Below are positions 7,227 to 15,447 of a DNA stretch of 36,966 bases, piece after piece. The notes below the pieces were generated by a model, which was not told where the DNA came from, searched no databases, and saw only the letters and a list, made by a program, of their open reading frames with translations. The stretch spans positions 74,508-111,473 of the forward strand of contig MFMS01000002.1 of assembly GCA_001783525.1 (NCBI GenBank), given 5' to 3'. Each line of letters begins with the position of its first letter. Position 1 is the stretch's first letter. A program made the translations under genes and the position numbers. This DNA comes from Candidatus Kaiserbacteria bacterium RIFOXYB1_FULL_46_14. GTDB lineage: Bacteria; Patescibacteriota; Minisyncoccia; Phycocordibacterales; UBA918.

Positions 7227-7283
7227 CCCCTACCACAACTGATGAACGGAAGTTCGTCAGGTTGTGGTAGGGGCTTTTTGTTT
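7227..7283 (+). terminator. Very stable terminator hairpin (about 21 bp, GGAA loop) with a U-tract
   Basis: cccctaccacaa (7227..7238) pairs with ttgtggtagggg (7262..7273). An inner stem ctgatgaac/gttcgtcag surrounds ggaa. ctttttgttt follows. Confidence 0.75.
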
Positions 7284-7386
7284 CTAGTGACTCCTTGTGA
7301 GTCCGACCTGTATTTGATAGGGGTCGTTAGAAATAAAGCGGACGTTGCCCTGTAACCGTCGTTGTTGGACGTAAACCAATTACACG

Positions 7387-7563
7387 ATGAACAACCTCAT
7401 CTGTAGTATGTACATCACCTTGCGTAACGGTAAGAAGTACCGTCGCCCAGACGGACGGCCTATCTGCTGGGAAGACAAAGGTGACAGGGTTAAGGAAGTG
7501 GTAAAAGAAGAGAGCACCACCCCCTTAGAAGAAGATGACGCTCTCAACCAATTGTCTAATTAG
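7387..7563 (+). CDS. Candidate 58 aa small protein (hypothetical); below the ORF-track cutoff
   Basis: Hand translation gives MNNLICSMYITLRNGKKYRRPDGRPICWEDKGDRVKEVVKEESTTPLEEDDALNQLSN, then TAG at 7561..7563. A terminator follows 15 nt later. There is no obvious SD. Confidence 0.35.
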   Translation: MNNLICSMYITLRNGKKYRRPDGRPICWEDKGDRVKEVVKEESTTPLEEDDALNQLSN

Positions 7564-7578
7564 CACCTAGACCACTCG

Positions 7579-7606
7579 ACACTCCCTTATGGGAGTGTTT
7601 TGTGTT
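7579..7606 (+). terminator. Rho-independent terminator
   Basis: acactccc / ttat / gggagtgt followed by ttttgtgtt. Confidence 0.7.
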
Positions 7607-7695
7607 ATTTACATTTTACCCTAACCGACAGTGACGGCGACGCCGGCGTCGGCATTGGTGGGGACAACTCTATATCACTTACGCTATGGTTGCAA

Positions 7696-7914
7696 CTATC
7701 TTTCATCGGGGCTTATATACTTAGTACCCTTGTGACTAGACATTTTTATAATGTTTTCTAATCCGACAATGCCAGCCAAAATAAAAGCGGTACCGAGACA
7801 AATAGTAGAAAGCAGTGCTATTTCAAAGCCGAAGAACATACGAATGAGGAAAGCTGATACTAACGTAAATAACAACACTACACCAAATGTAGTTCCTAGA
7901 TGATTTGTTTGCAT
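7696..7914 (-). CDS. Hypothetical small membrane protein (72 aa, two hydrophobic spans)
   Basis: An ATG start. FGVVLLFTLVSAFLIRMFFGF and IALLSTICLGTAFILAGIVGL are TM-like. It is the only long ORF in this gap. Confidence 0.5.
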   Translation of the reverse strand: MQTNHLGTTFGVVLLFTLVSAFLIRMFFGFEIALLSTICLGTAFILAGIVGLENIIKMSSHKGTKYISPDER

Positions 7915-8015
7915 AAAGTTATTTCATCTTACCCTTTCACATTATTTTATTCAAGATGGTGTAATACTCGCTAGCTTTCTACAAACCCTCTAATTTGCTA
8001 CAATCTGGGGGAATT

Positions 8016-9263
8016 ATGAAACATCTCCCGACTGAGCCATATAAGGGCGTGCGTGACTTTTATCCAGAGGATATGGCTGTACAGCAGCACATATTTAATA
8101 CTTGGAGCCGTACTGCTGAATCATTTGGTTTTGAACGCTATGATGCTTCTGTCCTCGAACCTTCCGAAATATACAAGAGCAAGGGTGCCGAAAACGAGGA
8201 GATGGTCAATGAGCAGACCTACACTTTCACCGACCGTGGTGACCGTGAGGTAACTCTACGTCCAGAAATGACTCCGACGGTAGCCAGAATGATTGCAGGT
8301 AAAAGCAAGGAACTGGCCTTTCCTGTTCGTTGGTATTCGATTCCAAATCTTTTCCGTTATGAGCGCACTCAGCGCGGACGTGTACGTGAACACTGGCAGC
8401 TCAATTGCGATATTTTTGGTTCAAACGATATTGTCGCTGATATTGAGATCATTGCACTCGCCTACCAGACGCTAATAAATTTTGGCGCACAACCAGAAAT
8501 GTTTGAGATCCGAGTGAATGATCGTCGTGAGATGAAAGAATTTTACGAATCACTAGGGATTAGTGATGAGGAAATCATTACCAAGATCACTCGTCTCAAT
8601 GATCGCTTTCATAAAATAGACCGATCGCTATATTTAGCAGAATTGCGCCAGATTACACCGGACTCTGCAGATGCTATCTTGGCTCATCTCGAAGAAAGTA
8701 GTCAGAGTGAAAATGAAGTAACTCGTGGTCTCAATGCGGTTGGGATAAATAACGTCAAGATTGACCGCTCACTCGCACGTGGTTTTGATTACTACACCGG
8801 TACCATCTTTGAATTCTTCGATACTGATCCTTCTAACAACCGCTCAATGTTGGGGGGCGGTCGTTACGACAATCTAACCGGACTCTTTACTAGTGAAGCG
8901 GTCAGTGGAGTTGGCTTCGGCATGGGTGATGTGACAATGCGTGATTTCCTAGATACGCACGGTCTTCTACCAGCCAAGAAAGCTGGTGCGCAAGTGATTG
9001 TTATTCTAACTGAAGAGCGATTCAATATTGATGGCGAGAAAGTGGCAATGAAGCTACGTGGAGTCGGTGTCCCTACTCTGGTTGACATCAGTACCAAAAA
9101 ACTTGGCAAAAAAGTTGCCGCGGCCGATCATTCCGGTGCGGGATATATCTTGGTCGTTGGTGAAGACGAAGTATCGCGTGGCGAATATGTTCTGAAGAAT
9201 TTGGCCGACGGTACCGAGATGTCTGGTACACTGGAGGACTTAGCACAAGGACTTGCTGTTTAA
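8016..9263 (+). CDS. hisS: Histidine--tRNA ligase
   Basis: GVRDFYPED, class II motif 2 region FRYERTQRGRVREHWQ, GGGRYD, and a C-terminal anticodon-binding domain. The ATG at 8016 is preceded by GGGGGA and by TACAAT (7999..8004). The track start at 7995 is a TTG. Confidence 0.9.
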   Translation: MKHLPTEPYKGVRDFYPEDMAVQQHIFNTWSRTAESFGFERYDASVLEPSEIYKSKGAENEEMVNEQTYTFTDRGDREVTLRPEMTPTVARMIAGKSKELAFPVRWYSIPNLFRYERTQRGRVREHWQLNCDIFGSNDIVADIEIIALAYQTLINFGAQPEMFEIRVNDRREMKEFYESLGISDEEIITKITRLNDRFHKIDRSLYLAELRQITPDSADAILAHLEESSQSENEVTRGLNAVGINNVKIDRSLARGFDYYTGTIFEFFDTDPSNNRSMLGGGRYDNLTGLFTSEAVSGVGFGMGDVTMRDFLDTHGLLPAKKAGAQVIVILTEERFNIDGEKVAMKLRGVGVPTLVDISTKKLGKKVAAADHSGAGYILVVGEDEVSRGEYVLKNLADGTEMSGTLEDLAQGLAV

Positions 9264-9272
9264 CTCTTCATA

Positions 9273-9848
9273 ATGCGTTACGTTGTTTTTGATTTGGAGA
9301 CCCAAAACTATTTTTCTGACGTCGGTGTAAATGATCCGGCTAGTTTGGATATCTCCGTCGGCTGTTTTTATGACAGTGTGGATGACCGTTATTACGCAGT
9401 GACGATAGATGAGCTTTCTACTATTTGGCCTCTCATCGAGAGCGCGGATGCGCTAGTTGGCTATAATTCCAATCACTTTGATATTCCACTTTTAAATAAG
9501 TATTATCCCGGTGATCTCCGCCATATTAAAAGCATTGATATTTTGGAATCAATCAGACAGTCGCTCGGGCGACGGTTGCGACTAGATAGTGTGGCTTCCG
9601 CGACTGTGGGTGCGAAAAAAAGCGCGGACGGCCTGCAGGCCGTCCGCTGGTGGCGCGAAGGAAAAGTTGATGAGGTAAAGAAATACTGTCTTCAAGATGT
9701 AAAAGTCACCAGACAGGTTTTTGAATACGCTCTAAAAAACGGCCACGTAAAATTCAAAGACGGTGCAAAGAAGCGCGAGATCCCACTCGACACTTCCAAG
9801 TGGGGCGATAAGGAGGATGTTTCGATGACCCACGCCCTGCCTTTCTAG
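9273..9848 (+). CDS. DEDDy-type 3'-5' exonuclease (RNase H-like fold)
   Basis: Exo I VVFDLET, Exo II VGYNSNHFDIPLL and Exo III KKYCLQDVKVT. It starts 9 nt after the hisS stop. Confidence 0.7.
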   Translation: MRYVVFDLETQNYFSDVGVNDPASLDISVGCFYDSVDDRYYAVTIDELSTIWPLIESADALVGYNSNHFDIPLLNKYYPGDLRHIKSIDILESIRQSLGRRLRLDSVASATVGAKKSADGLQAVRWWREGKVDEVKKYCLQDVKVTRQVFEYALKNGHVKFKDGAKKREIPLDTSKWGDKEDVSMTHALPF

Positions 9849-9904
9849 ACAAAATGTTGTACAGATAGTACTTTAGCGTCAGATAGCAATGAGGAGGAGA
9901 CGAT

Positions 9905-10612
9905 ATGTCTGTATCGATTTCTGAAATACGGTCGGCTGTGGGGAGAATCCGACGGCTCGTTAAAATCGATAAAAATAAAAGCCATTATGACAATATGGAT
10001 AGAATGTGTGCTGCGGCATACTTCCACGGTCTTGAAATGTGGCTTAAAGAAGTTCGGGAATATCTGAACGAGGTGAAGACGAGTAATGGGACAGCGGCGT
10101 TCTTGGACGTATGTGGCCAAGCCCATGCCCGAAATCTCGGCTGCGGTACCAATTATCATTTTACTGTCCAGGAGCCGGATCTCCTTACTCCGCTTTTGAC
10201 ACAGTATTCGACGAGATTTGTCGGTAATATATTTTCACCGACAGATCTTTTAGACTCCTTGAGTCAGATAATAGGTGACGGACATCAGCTGTCACTGGTC
10301 ACATTTTTCCCAGTGGCAGGACTACAACCATATACGCCGCACCGAAAAGACAAGGTCATGACAAACGTCGTCTATCAGAAGTTGTTCTGTCAGCTTGAAT
10401 TGCTGGTCGAAATGCTCAGGCCTGGTGGATACATCTTTTTAGAAAGACCCTTTCCACTCTGTCCATTCGACACAACGGATTTCTTCCACTCCAAAAAACC
10501 AACGAAATACACTTCACACAAATGGATTAAGGTGGCGGCGAAAAAGCTGAATTGCAACTTGCGGGTGATGAGGACCATCAGAGGCAATGTATGGCTCCTT
10601 AAAAAGTTATAG
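9905..10612 (+). CDS. Hypothetical protein with weak class I methyltransferase-like motifs
   Basis: A strong SD GAGGAGGAG lies 5 nt upstream of the ATG. AAFLDVCGQAHA is a degenerate motif I, and MLRPGGYIFLE is a typical post-motif block. A terminator follows at 10634. Confidence 0.6.
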   Translation: MSVSISEIRSAVGRIRRLVKIDKNKSHYDNMDRMCAAAYFHGLEMWLKEVREYLNEVKTSNGTAAFLDVCGQAHARNLGCGTNYHFTVQEPDLLTPLLTQYSTRFVGNIFSPTDLLDSLSQIIGDGHQLSLVTFFPVAGLQPYTPHRKDKVMTNVVYQKLFCQLELLVEMLRPGGYIFLERPFPLCPFDTTDFFHSKKPTKYTSHKWIKVAAKKLNCNLRVMRTIRGNVWLLKKL

Positions 10613-10633
10613 CCACCAATCGAGATTATTTTG

Positions 10634-10667
10634 ACCGTCGCAAGTGATTTGCGGCGGTTTTTATTTA
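10634..10667 (+). terminator. Rho-independent terminator overlapping the uppP stop codon
   Basis: accgtcgcaa / gtgat / ttgcggcggt (one G-U pair) followed by tttttattt. Confidence 0.65.
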
Positions 10668-11462
10668 ATTCATCCAGACTGCCAAACACACTACTCCTGC
10701 CAAGGCCACTCTGTACCAGATGAACGGCCAGAGGCTGTGACGTCGCACGAATGAGAGCATGAAATGAATGGCAAATAGACCGGCTAGAAAGGCGGTGGTG
10801 CCAGCAATGGCGAGACTAGTCCAATCGATTGGACTAGTGGCAGTAGCCAGTTCTAGAAGTTTTTTGCCGCCACTACCGGCGATTACTGGTACGGCGAGCA
10901 AGAAGGAAAAACGCGCGGCTTCGGCTCGTGATAGACCAAGCAACATTCCTCCAGCTATTGATGCGCCGCTACGGGACATGCCAGGGATCAAAGCTAGACA
11001 CTGGAAGAGACCGATTTTGAGACCTTTACCAATTGTCATGCGATCTTCGCGCTTGAAGTTTTTGTAGTGCCATTCGGCAAAGGCAAACAAGACAGAGCCT
11101 GCGACCAACACTCCGGCTACCAATAATGGATTGCGGAAAATAGTCTCCATATAGCTTTCAAGTAGTAGCCCAACCACGATCGCTGGTACAGTTCCGATCA
11201 TTAAGGCGTAAGCCAATACAATTTCCTTCTTGTTTACGGGCAGGCGCGATAGGCGGCGCAACAAGGTGTTGGCAAGAGTGTAGATGTCTCGCCTAAAGTA
11301 GATCACAACCGCTAGTACGGTGGCTAGCTGGAGTACGGCATCAAAGGCCATATCGTCCGGCGAAGCACCAAAAATAGAGTGCAAAAGTACCAAATGACCG
11401 CTTGACGAAACCGGTAAAAACTCGGTTAATCCTTGTAGTGTCCCAAGTAAGAAGTTCTCCAT
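10665..11462 (-). CDS. uppP: Undecaprenyl-diphosphate phosphatase
   Basis: The N-terminus LQGLTEFLPVSSSGHLVLL and the block PGMSRSGASIAGG are BacA/UppP signatures. The protein is polytopic membrane, 265 aa. Confidence 0.9.
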   Translation of the reverse strand: MENFLLGTLQGLTEFLPVSSSGHLVLLHSIFGASPDDMAFDAVLQLATVLAVVIYFRRDIYTLANTLLRRLSRLPVNKKEIVLAYALMIGTVPAIVVGLLLESYMETIFRNPLLVAGVLVAGSVLFAFAEWHYKNFKREDRMTIGKGLKIGLFQCLALIPGMSRSGASIAGGMLLGLSRAEAARFSFLLAVPVIAGSGGKKLLELATATSPIDWTSLAIAGTTAFLAGLFAIHFMLSFVRRHSLWPFIWYRVALAGVVCLAVWMN

Positions 11463-11469
11463 AATGGCT

Positions 11470-11487
11470 ATTTTAACATGTTACAAT
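11470..11487. promoter_or_regulatory. Back-to-back -10 elements of the divergent uppP and dsbA-like genes
   Basis: TAAAAT (complement of 11470..11475) lies 7 nt before the uppP ATG. TACAAT (11482..11487) lies 8 nt before the ATG at 11496. Neither gene has an SD. Confidence 0.45.
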
Positions 11488-11495
11488 GCTCCGAT

Positions 11496-12224
11496 ATGAA
11501 TGAATCAAGTAATGAAAATATGGGCGGCCAGACGATCGGCCGCACATCGTTTGCGATACCAGTAGCGATTATTATCGGTTTTGGATTGATTGCGGCTTCG
11601 ATATATTTTTCTGGTGGTAAGCCGACTACCACCTTGCCGGAGACTGAAGATGTTGATACTAAAGAGCTATCTTCGGTGACACCTGTCTCAGAGCAAGATC
11701 ATATCCGAGGCAATCCAAATGCCAAATTGGTAGTTGTTGAGTACTCAGATTTTGATTGCCCTTACTGCAAGAGTTTTCATACTACTATGCAGAGGATCTC
11801 TGAAGAATACGGCCCTGGAGGAAACGTAGCTTGGATTTATCGACACTTCCCTCTCACTTCTCTACACCCAAGTTCAGCCTATATTGCTGAAGCCTCAGAG
11901 TGTGTCGCTCAGGTCGGCGGCAATGATGCGTTCTGGAAATTTGCTGATTTGGTCTTTGCTGAACGAAGTATAAACGAACCAACTAACGTGGCTCGTTTGC
12001 CGGAATTTGCTGAGATAGCCGGTGTTAGCCAGACTGACTACGAAGCTTGTATATCCAGCGGCCGCGGCAAAGCCAAGGTGGAAGCCGACGCGCAAAATGC
12101 AGTAGCGACCGGAGGACAAGGCACACCGCACTCGATTATTTTGATCGGTGGTCAAACTATGTTGATCAATGGCGCACAGCCTTATGAGGTTGTTAAGCAG
12201 ATGATCGACGGGTTGTTGAAGTAG
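11496..12224 (+). CDS. Membrane-anchored DsbA-family thiol:disulfide oxidoreductase
   Basis: An N-terminal TM segment, then VVVEYSDFDCPYCKSFH (CPYC active site) and a thioredoxin-fold tail with GTPHSIIL. An alternative in-frame ATG exists at 11478. Confidence 0.8.
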   Translation: MNESSNENMGGQTIGRTSFAIPVAIIIGFGLIAASIYFSGGKPTTTLPETEDVDTKELSSVTPVSEQDHIRGNPNAKLVVVEYSDFDCPYCKSFHTTMQRISEEYGPGGNVAWIYRHFPLTSLHPSSAYIAEASECVAQVGGNDAFWKFADLVFAERSINEPTNVARLPEFAEIAGVSQTDYEACISSGRGKAKVEADAQNAVATGGQGTPHSIILIGGQTMLINGAQPYEVVKQMIDGLLK

Positions 12225-12230
12225 GACATC

Positions 12231-12274
12231 AAAAGAGCGCGGACCTTGCCGTCAGGCAAGGTCCGCGCTCTTTT
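12231..12274. terminator. Bidirectional terminator between the dsbA-like and helicase-nuclease genes
   Basis: A 20 bp perfect stem, aaaagagcgcggaccttgcc / gtca / ggcaaggtccgcgctctttt. The A/T runs give U-tracts on both strands. Confidence 0.85.
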
Positions 12275-12276
12275 GT

Positions 12277-15246
12277 TTAAAATTTCACCCCAGACACTAT
12301 TTCCTTGGCTACCTTAACTACTTCCAGTTTGAGGTCCTCAATTTCTTCTTTTGTAACTGAGAAGGTGTGTTCAACAATCTCGCCACTTTCTTTTGGTTCT
12401 ACAAACGAGATGGTGAATTCATTTGGTAAGGGTTTCTCTGGATTAGAAAGAGACAAAAGCAAACCGTAGAAAACCAGTTGCCGTTTATACTTTCCGTCGC
12501 TGGACTTCGTCTCACCGGACACGTCGTTTTTTGACTTCGCTTTTCCTGTTTTGTAATCCACCACTCTTATGATGTTCCCCTCATCGTCATAGTCAACTCT
12601 GTCGAGTTTTCCGGTTAGCGGTATTTCTGGCAGGTCGGGGTCGTCAGTTGTCAAAGTGACACTTACAGACAGTTCGCTACGAGATTTCTCCTTAACGTTT
12701 TTCGCTAATGTTGGAATGTAAGCAATCAGTGCGGCGTAAGCGCGCTCGTGCAAGGAAGTGTCTTCAGATATTGAAAGCGGTAATTTGCTAAGCGCAGTCT
12801 TCAGCCATTCGGATATCTCGGTAGGAGACGGAGGGGTTTCGTTTTTGGAAATCTGTAAGGCTGCTCTCTCTAAGACATCGTGTACTGTCGTTCCAAAAAG
12901 CAAGGAAAGCGCACGAGGCTGTGGGCGGCGAAGCAGGTTGTCGTAAAAGTATTTTTGTGGATCCTCCAAGTAGTTATTCAAATGAGTAACGGAAAATCCC
13001 CGCGACAAAAACAATGTCTTAATGATTTCTGGTGAGAGTTTGAAAGAGACTTGTTTGTTGGCAAAAATATTTTCCGGTCGAAAATCATCTGCCAAAGAAG
13101 TTGTATCGATCGTTTCTAGATAACCTTCACCCATCGAGTCAAGAAAGCGTGAAGCATCAAGCGGTTTCCCTTCACTGTTCATTTCGCCGGCACTAATTAA
13201 AAGATTTGTCTTAGCGCGTGTCATTGCCACATAGAAGAGGCGACGTTCATCATCCTCCTCATCGCTTGCATTGTGTGACACTCGGTTTTGGGTAAGTGGC
13301 AGTTTGAATAGATCGCGCTTACTACTTTTGCCAAAACATTTGTCAGTTACCCGCGGCAAGATGACAGTGTGAAATTCTAACCCCTTTGCCTTATGGGCTG
13401 TCATCACTTGTACCGCGCTATGGTTCTTGATTACGAATGGAGCAGTAATAGGAAGATTGTGCATCTTGCGGTACTCAAACTGTGTAGCAATATCACGCAA
13501 AGTCGCGGCTTGATTGCTGATCACTGCCGCTTCGATTTCGTCGTAGATTCGTCGCAGTACACTCGCGCCTTCAAGCGGATCGGTCTGCATTATGTATTCA
13601 AGGAAGCCGCTTTCTTTTATCAAGAAGTGCAGTATTTGATGCGGTGGTTTGGTAGCACTTTGCAGACGAGCTTCACTTAAGAGCTCGGACACTCGAAGGA
13701 TTGCCTTGGGGTTATTTACACCAAGTTCAGCCAGTTTGTCTGTATCGGCAATCAAGAGTGCTAGTGGCCAGCTCGTGGATCTCGCGGCCAGGACACGAGT
13801 CAGGTCTCCGGCTAGAAGTTGCCACCAACCTCCCAATAAACAATCAAATAAAGCGCTCTCGTCATTTGGCAGGGCGACAGCACGAATCAATGTTTCAATG
13901 GATATGGTTATTGGGTGTTCTAGGATGTCGATGTCAGCCGATGGTGAAGCATCGATGCCGCTTTGGCGCAGAAGATTAGTAAAGTGTAATACGTCGCGGT
14001 TGTAACGAGTGATGATGGCGATGTCGCTAGGTGCAATTTCGGAAGCAAGTGCCTTCTTAATTTCTTCAACCACCCACTCATCTTCAATTGCTTCGTGTGG
14101 AAAGTTTCGGTATTCGACACGGCCGGTCGCTGATTCTCCACCTAGAAGGTCGAGTCGGGCAGCCTTGAGTGGTACTCGTAGTTCACGTAGTATCTCGTCG
14201 TCAGTCTTAATTAGCTCGAAAGAGGCATCGAGAATATCTGGTGTTGAACGATAGTTATCGGTCAGAGCGATCACTTTAGTTCCGGGGAAGCGGTCTTGGA
14301 AATATAAAAAGTTGTCGAGCGAAGCGCCTTGAAAACGGAATATCGCTTGTTTTTCATCACCTACCACAAAGATGTTTGGCCTATCGTGGAAGTCGGCCAA
14401 AATCTCAAGAATACGGTTTTGACTCTCGTTCACGTCTTGGTGCTCATCAGCCAATATGTACTGATAAGTTTCTTGTAGATCACGCAACATATCCTCGTTG
14501 CCTTCGAGAGCCTTCACCGTTTCTACAATCATGTCCTCAAAATCGTACAGGTGCTTGTCTCGGAGTATTGCCTGATAAAGTTGATAGACACGCAAAAGTT
14601 CGCGGTGTTTGTTGATGCGTTTTTCAAACTCCAAGTAATCTTTGCGCACCTTTCCTTTATGGGCGCCTTCCTCGTGGATCTTAGGTAAGATGGCCAGTTG
14701 ATTTTCCTCTGTTGTGATGCGTTCAGCAAAGATCTCTGGGGTAACGTATTCTTTTTTTAGATCGCTAATAGCGCGGGGAATCTCGCGTACATAATAGAGA
14801 GGGTCGCCATGCGGGCGTAACAATTTAAAGTCGTTATTGTTTATTATTTCCTCGATTATTTGTATGCGCTCAATGTCGCTGGCTGCCCTGCCGCCGACAA
14901 TACTCGGATAAGCATCCGGATAGCGGCCGATTTGTTCACCGGCAAAACTATGGAAGGTGTGTACGGCCACACGATACGCCTCTGCGCCGATGTATCTAGT
15001 AAGACGATCGCGCATATTGTGCGCTCCTGCATCAGTAAAAGTCAGCGCCAAAATGTTCTCTGGTCTGGTATCGGTTCGGAGAAGAATGTTAGCGATTCGA
15101 AGCGCTAAGATCTCAGTCTTTCCGGTACCTGGGCCAGCGATCACCATTACTGGTCCATCAATCTCCTCCACAGCCTCTTTCTGGTGTTTGTTAAGCTTCA
15201 GTAACGCCTTTTCAAATACAGATTTGTCAGTCTTGGCTTCTTTCAT
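12277..15246 (-). CDS. UvrD/PcrA-type superfamily 1 helicase fused to a C-terminal RecB-family PD-(D/E)XK nuclease
   Basis: Walker A AGPGTGKTE, Ia LALTFT, II ILADEHQDVN, V/VI VMTAHKAKGLEF...YVAMTRAK. The C-terminus has GKLDRVD...VVDYKTGK...RQLVFYGLL, the nuclease D/EK and QxxxY motifs. The ATG at 15246 is preferred because TATAAT lies 7 nt upstream; the track start at 15297 is a TTG. Confidence 0.85.
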   Translation of the reverse strand: MKEAKTDKSVFEKALLKLNKHQKEAVEEIDGPVMVIAGPGTGKTEILALRIANILLRTDTRPENILALTFTDAGAHNMRDRLTRYIGAEAYRVAVHTFHSFAGEQIGRYPDAYPSIVGGRAASDIERIQIIEEIINNNDFKLLRPHGDPLYYVREIPRAISDLKKEYVTPEIFAERITTEENQLAILPKIHEEGAHKGKVRKDYLEFEKRINKHRELLRVYQLYQAILRDKHLYDFEDMIVETVKALEGNEDMLRDLQETYQYILADEHQDVNESQNRILEILADFHDRPNIFVVGDEKQAIFRFQGASLDNFLYFQDRFPGTKVIALTDNYRSTPDILDASFELIKTDDEILRELRVPLKAARLDLLGGESATGRVEYRNFPHEAIEDEWVVEEIKKALASEIAPSDIAIITRYNRDVLHFTNLLRQSGIDASPSADIDILEHPITISIETLIRAVALPNDESALFDCLLGGWWQLLAGDLTRVLAARSTSWPLALLIADTDKLAELGVNNPKAILRVSELLSEARLQSATKPPHQILHFLIKESGFLEYIMQTDPLEGASVLRRIYDEIEAAVISNQAATLRDIATQFEYRKMHNLPITAPFVIKNHSAVQVMTAHKAKGLEFHTVILPRVTDKCFGKSSKRDLFKLPLTQNRVSHNASDEEDDERRLFYVAMTRAKTNLLISAGEMNSEGKPLDASRFLDSMGEGYLETIDTTSLADDFRPENIFANKQVSFKLSPEIIKTLFLSRGFSVTHLNNYLEDPQKYFYDNLLRRPQPRALSLLFGTTVHDVLERAALQISKNETPPSPTEISEWLKTALSKLPLSISEDTSLHERAYAALIAYIPTLAKNVKEKSRSELSVSVTLTTDDPDLPEIPLTGKLDRVDYDDEGNIIRVVDYKTGKAKSKNDVSGETKSSDGKYKRQLVFYGLLLSLSNPEKPLPNEFTISFVEPKESGEIVEHTFSVTKEEIEDLKLEVVKVAKEIVSGVKF

Positions 15247-15447
15247 TATCGCCATTATACACATATGGCCACAGCAAAGCTTGCTCTTTCTGGTCAAAAA
15301 GTGACTTCGGGTTGGTCACTTGAAGACCTCTGATTATTGTGTTTTATTACTCACCGCAAGATTATGCGCAAGCCTTGCCCTTGCCTTGTGACCAAATCAG
15401 TACTAGATTAACTGTTTGTCACAAATTTTAATAACCATTCATCCTTT

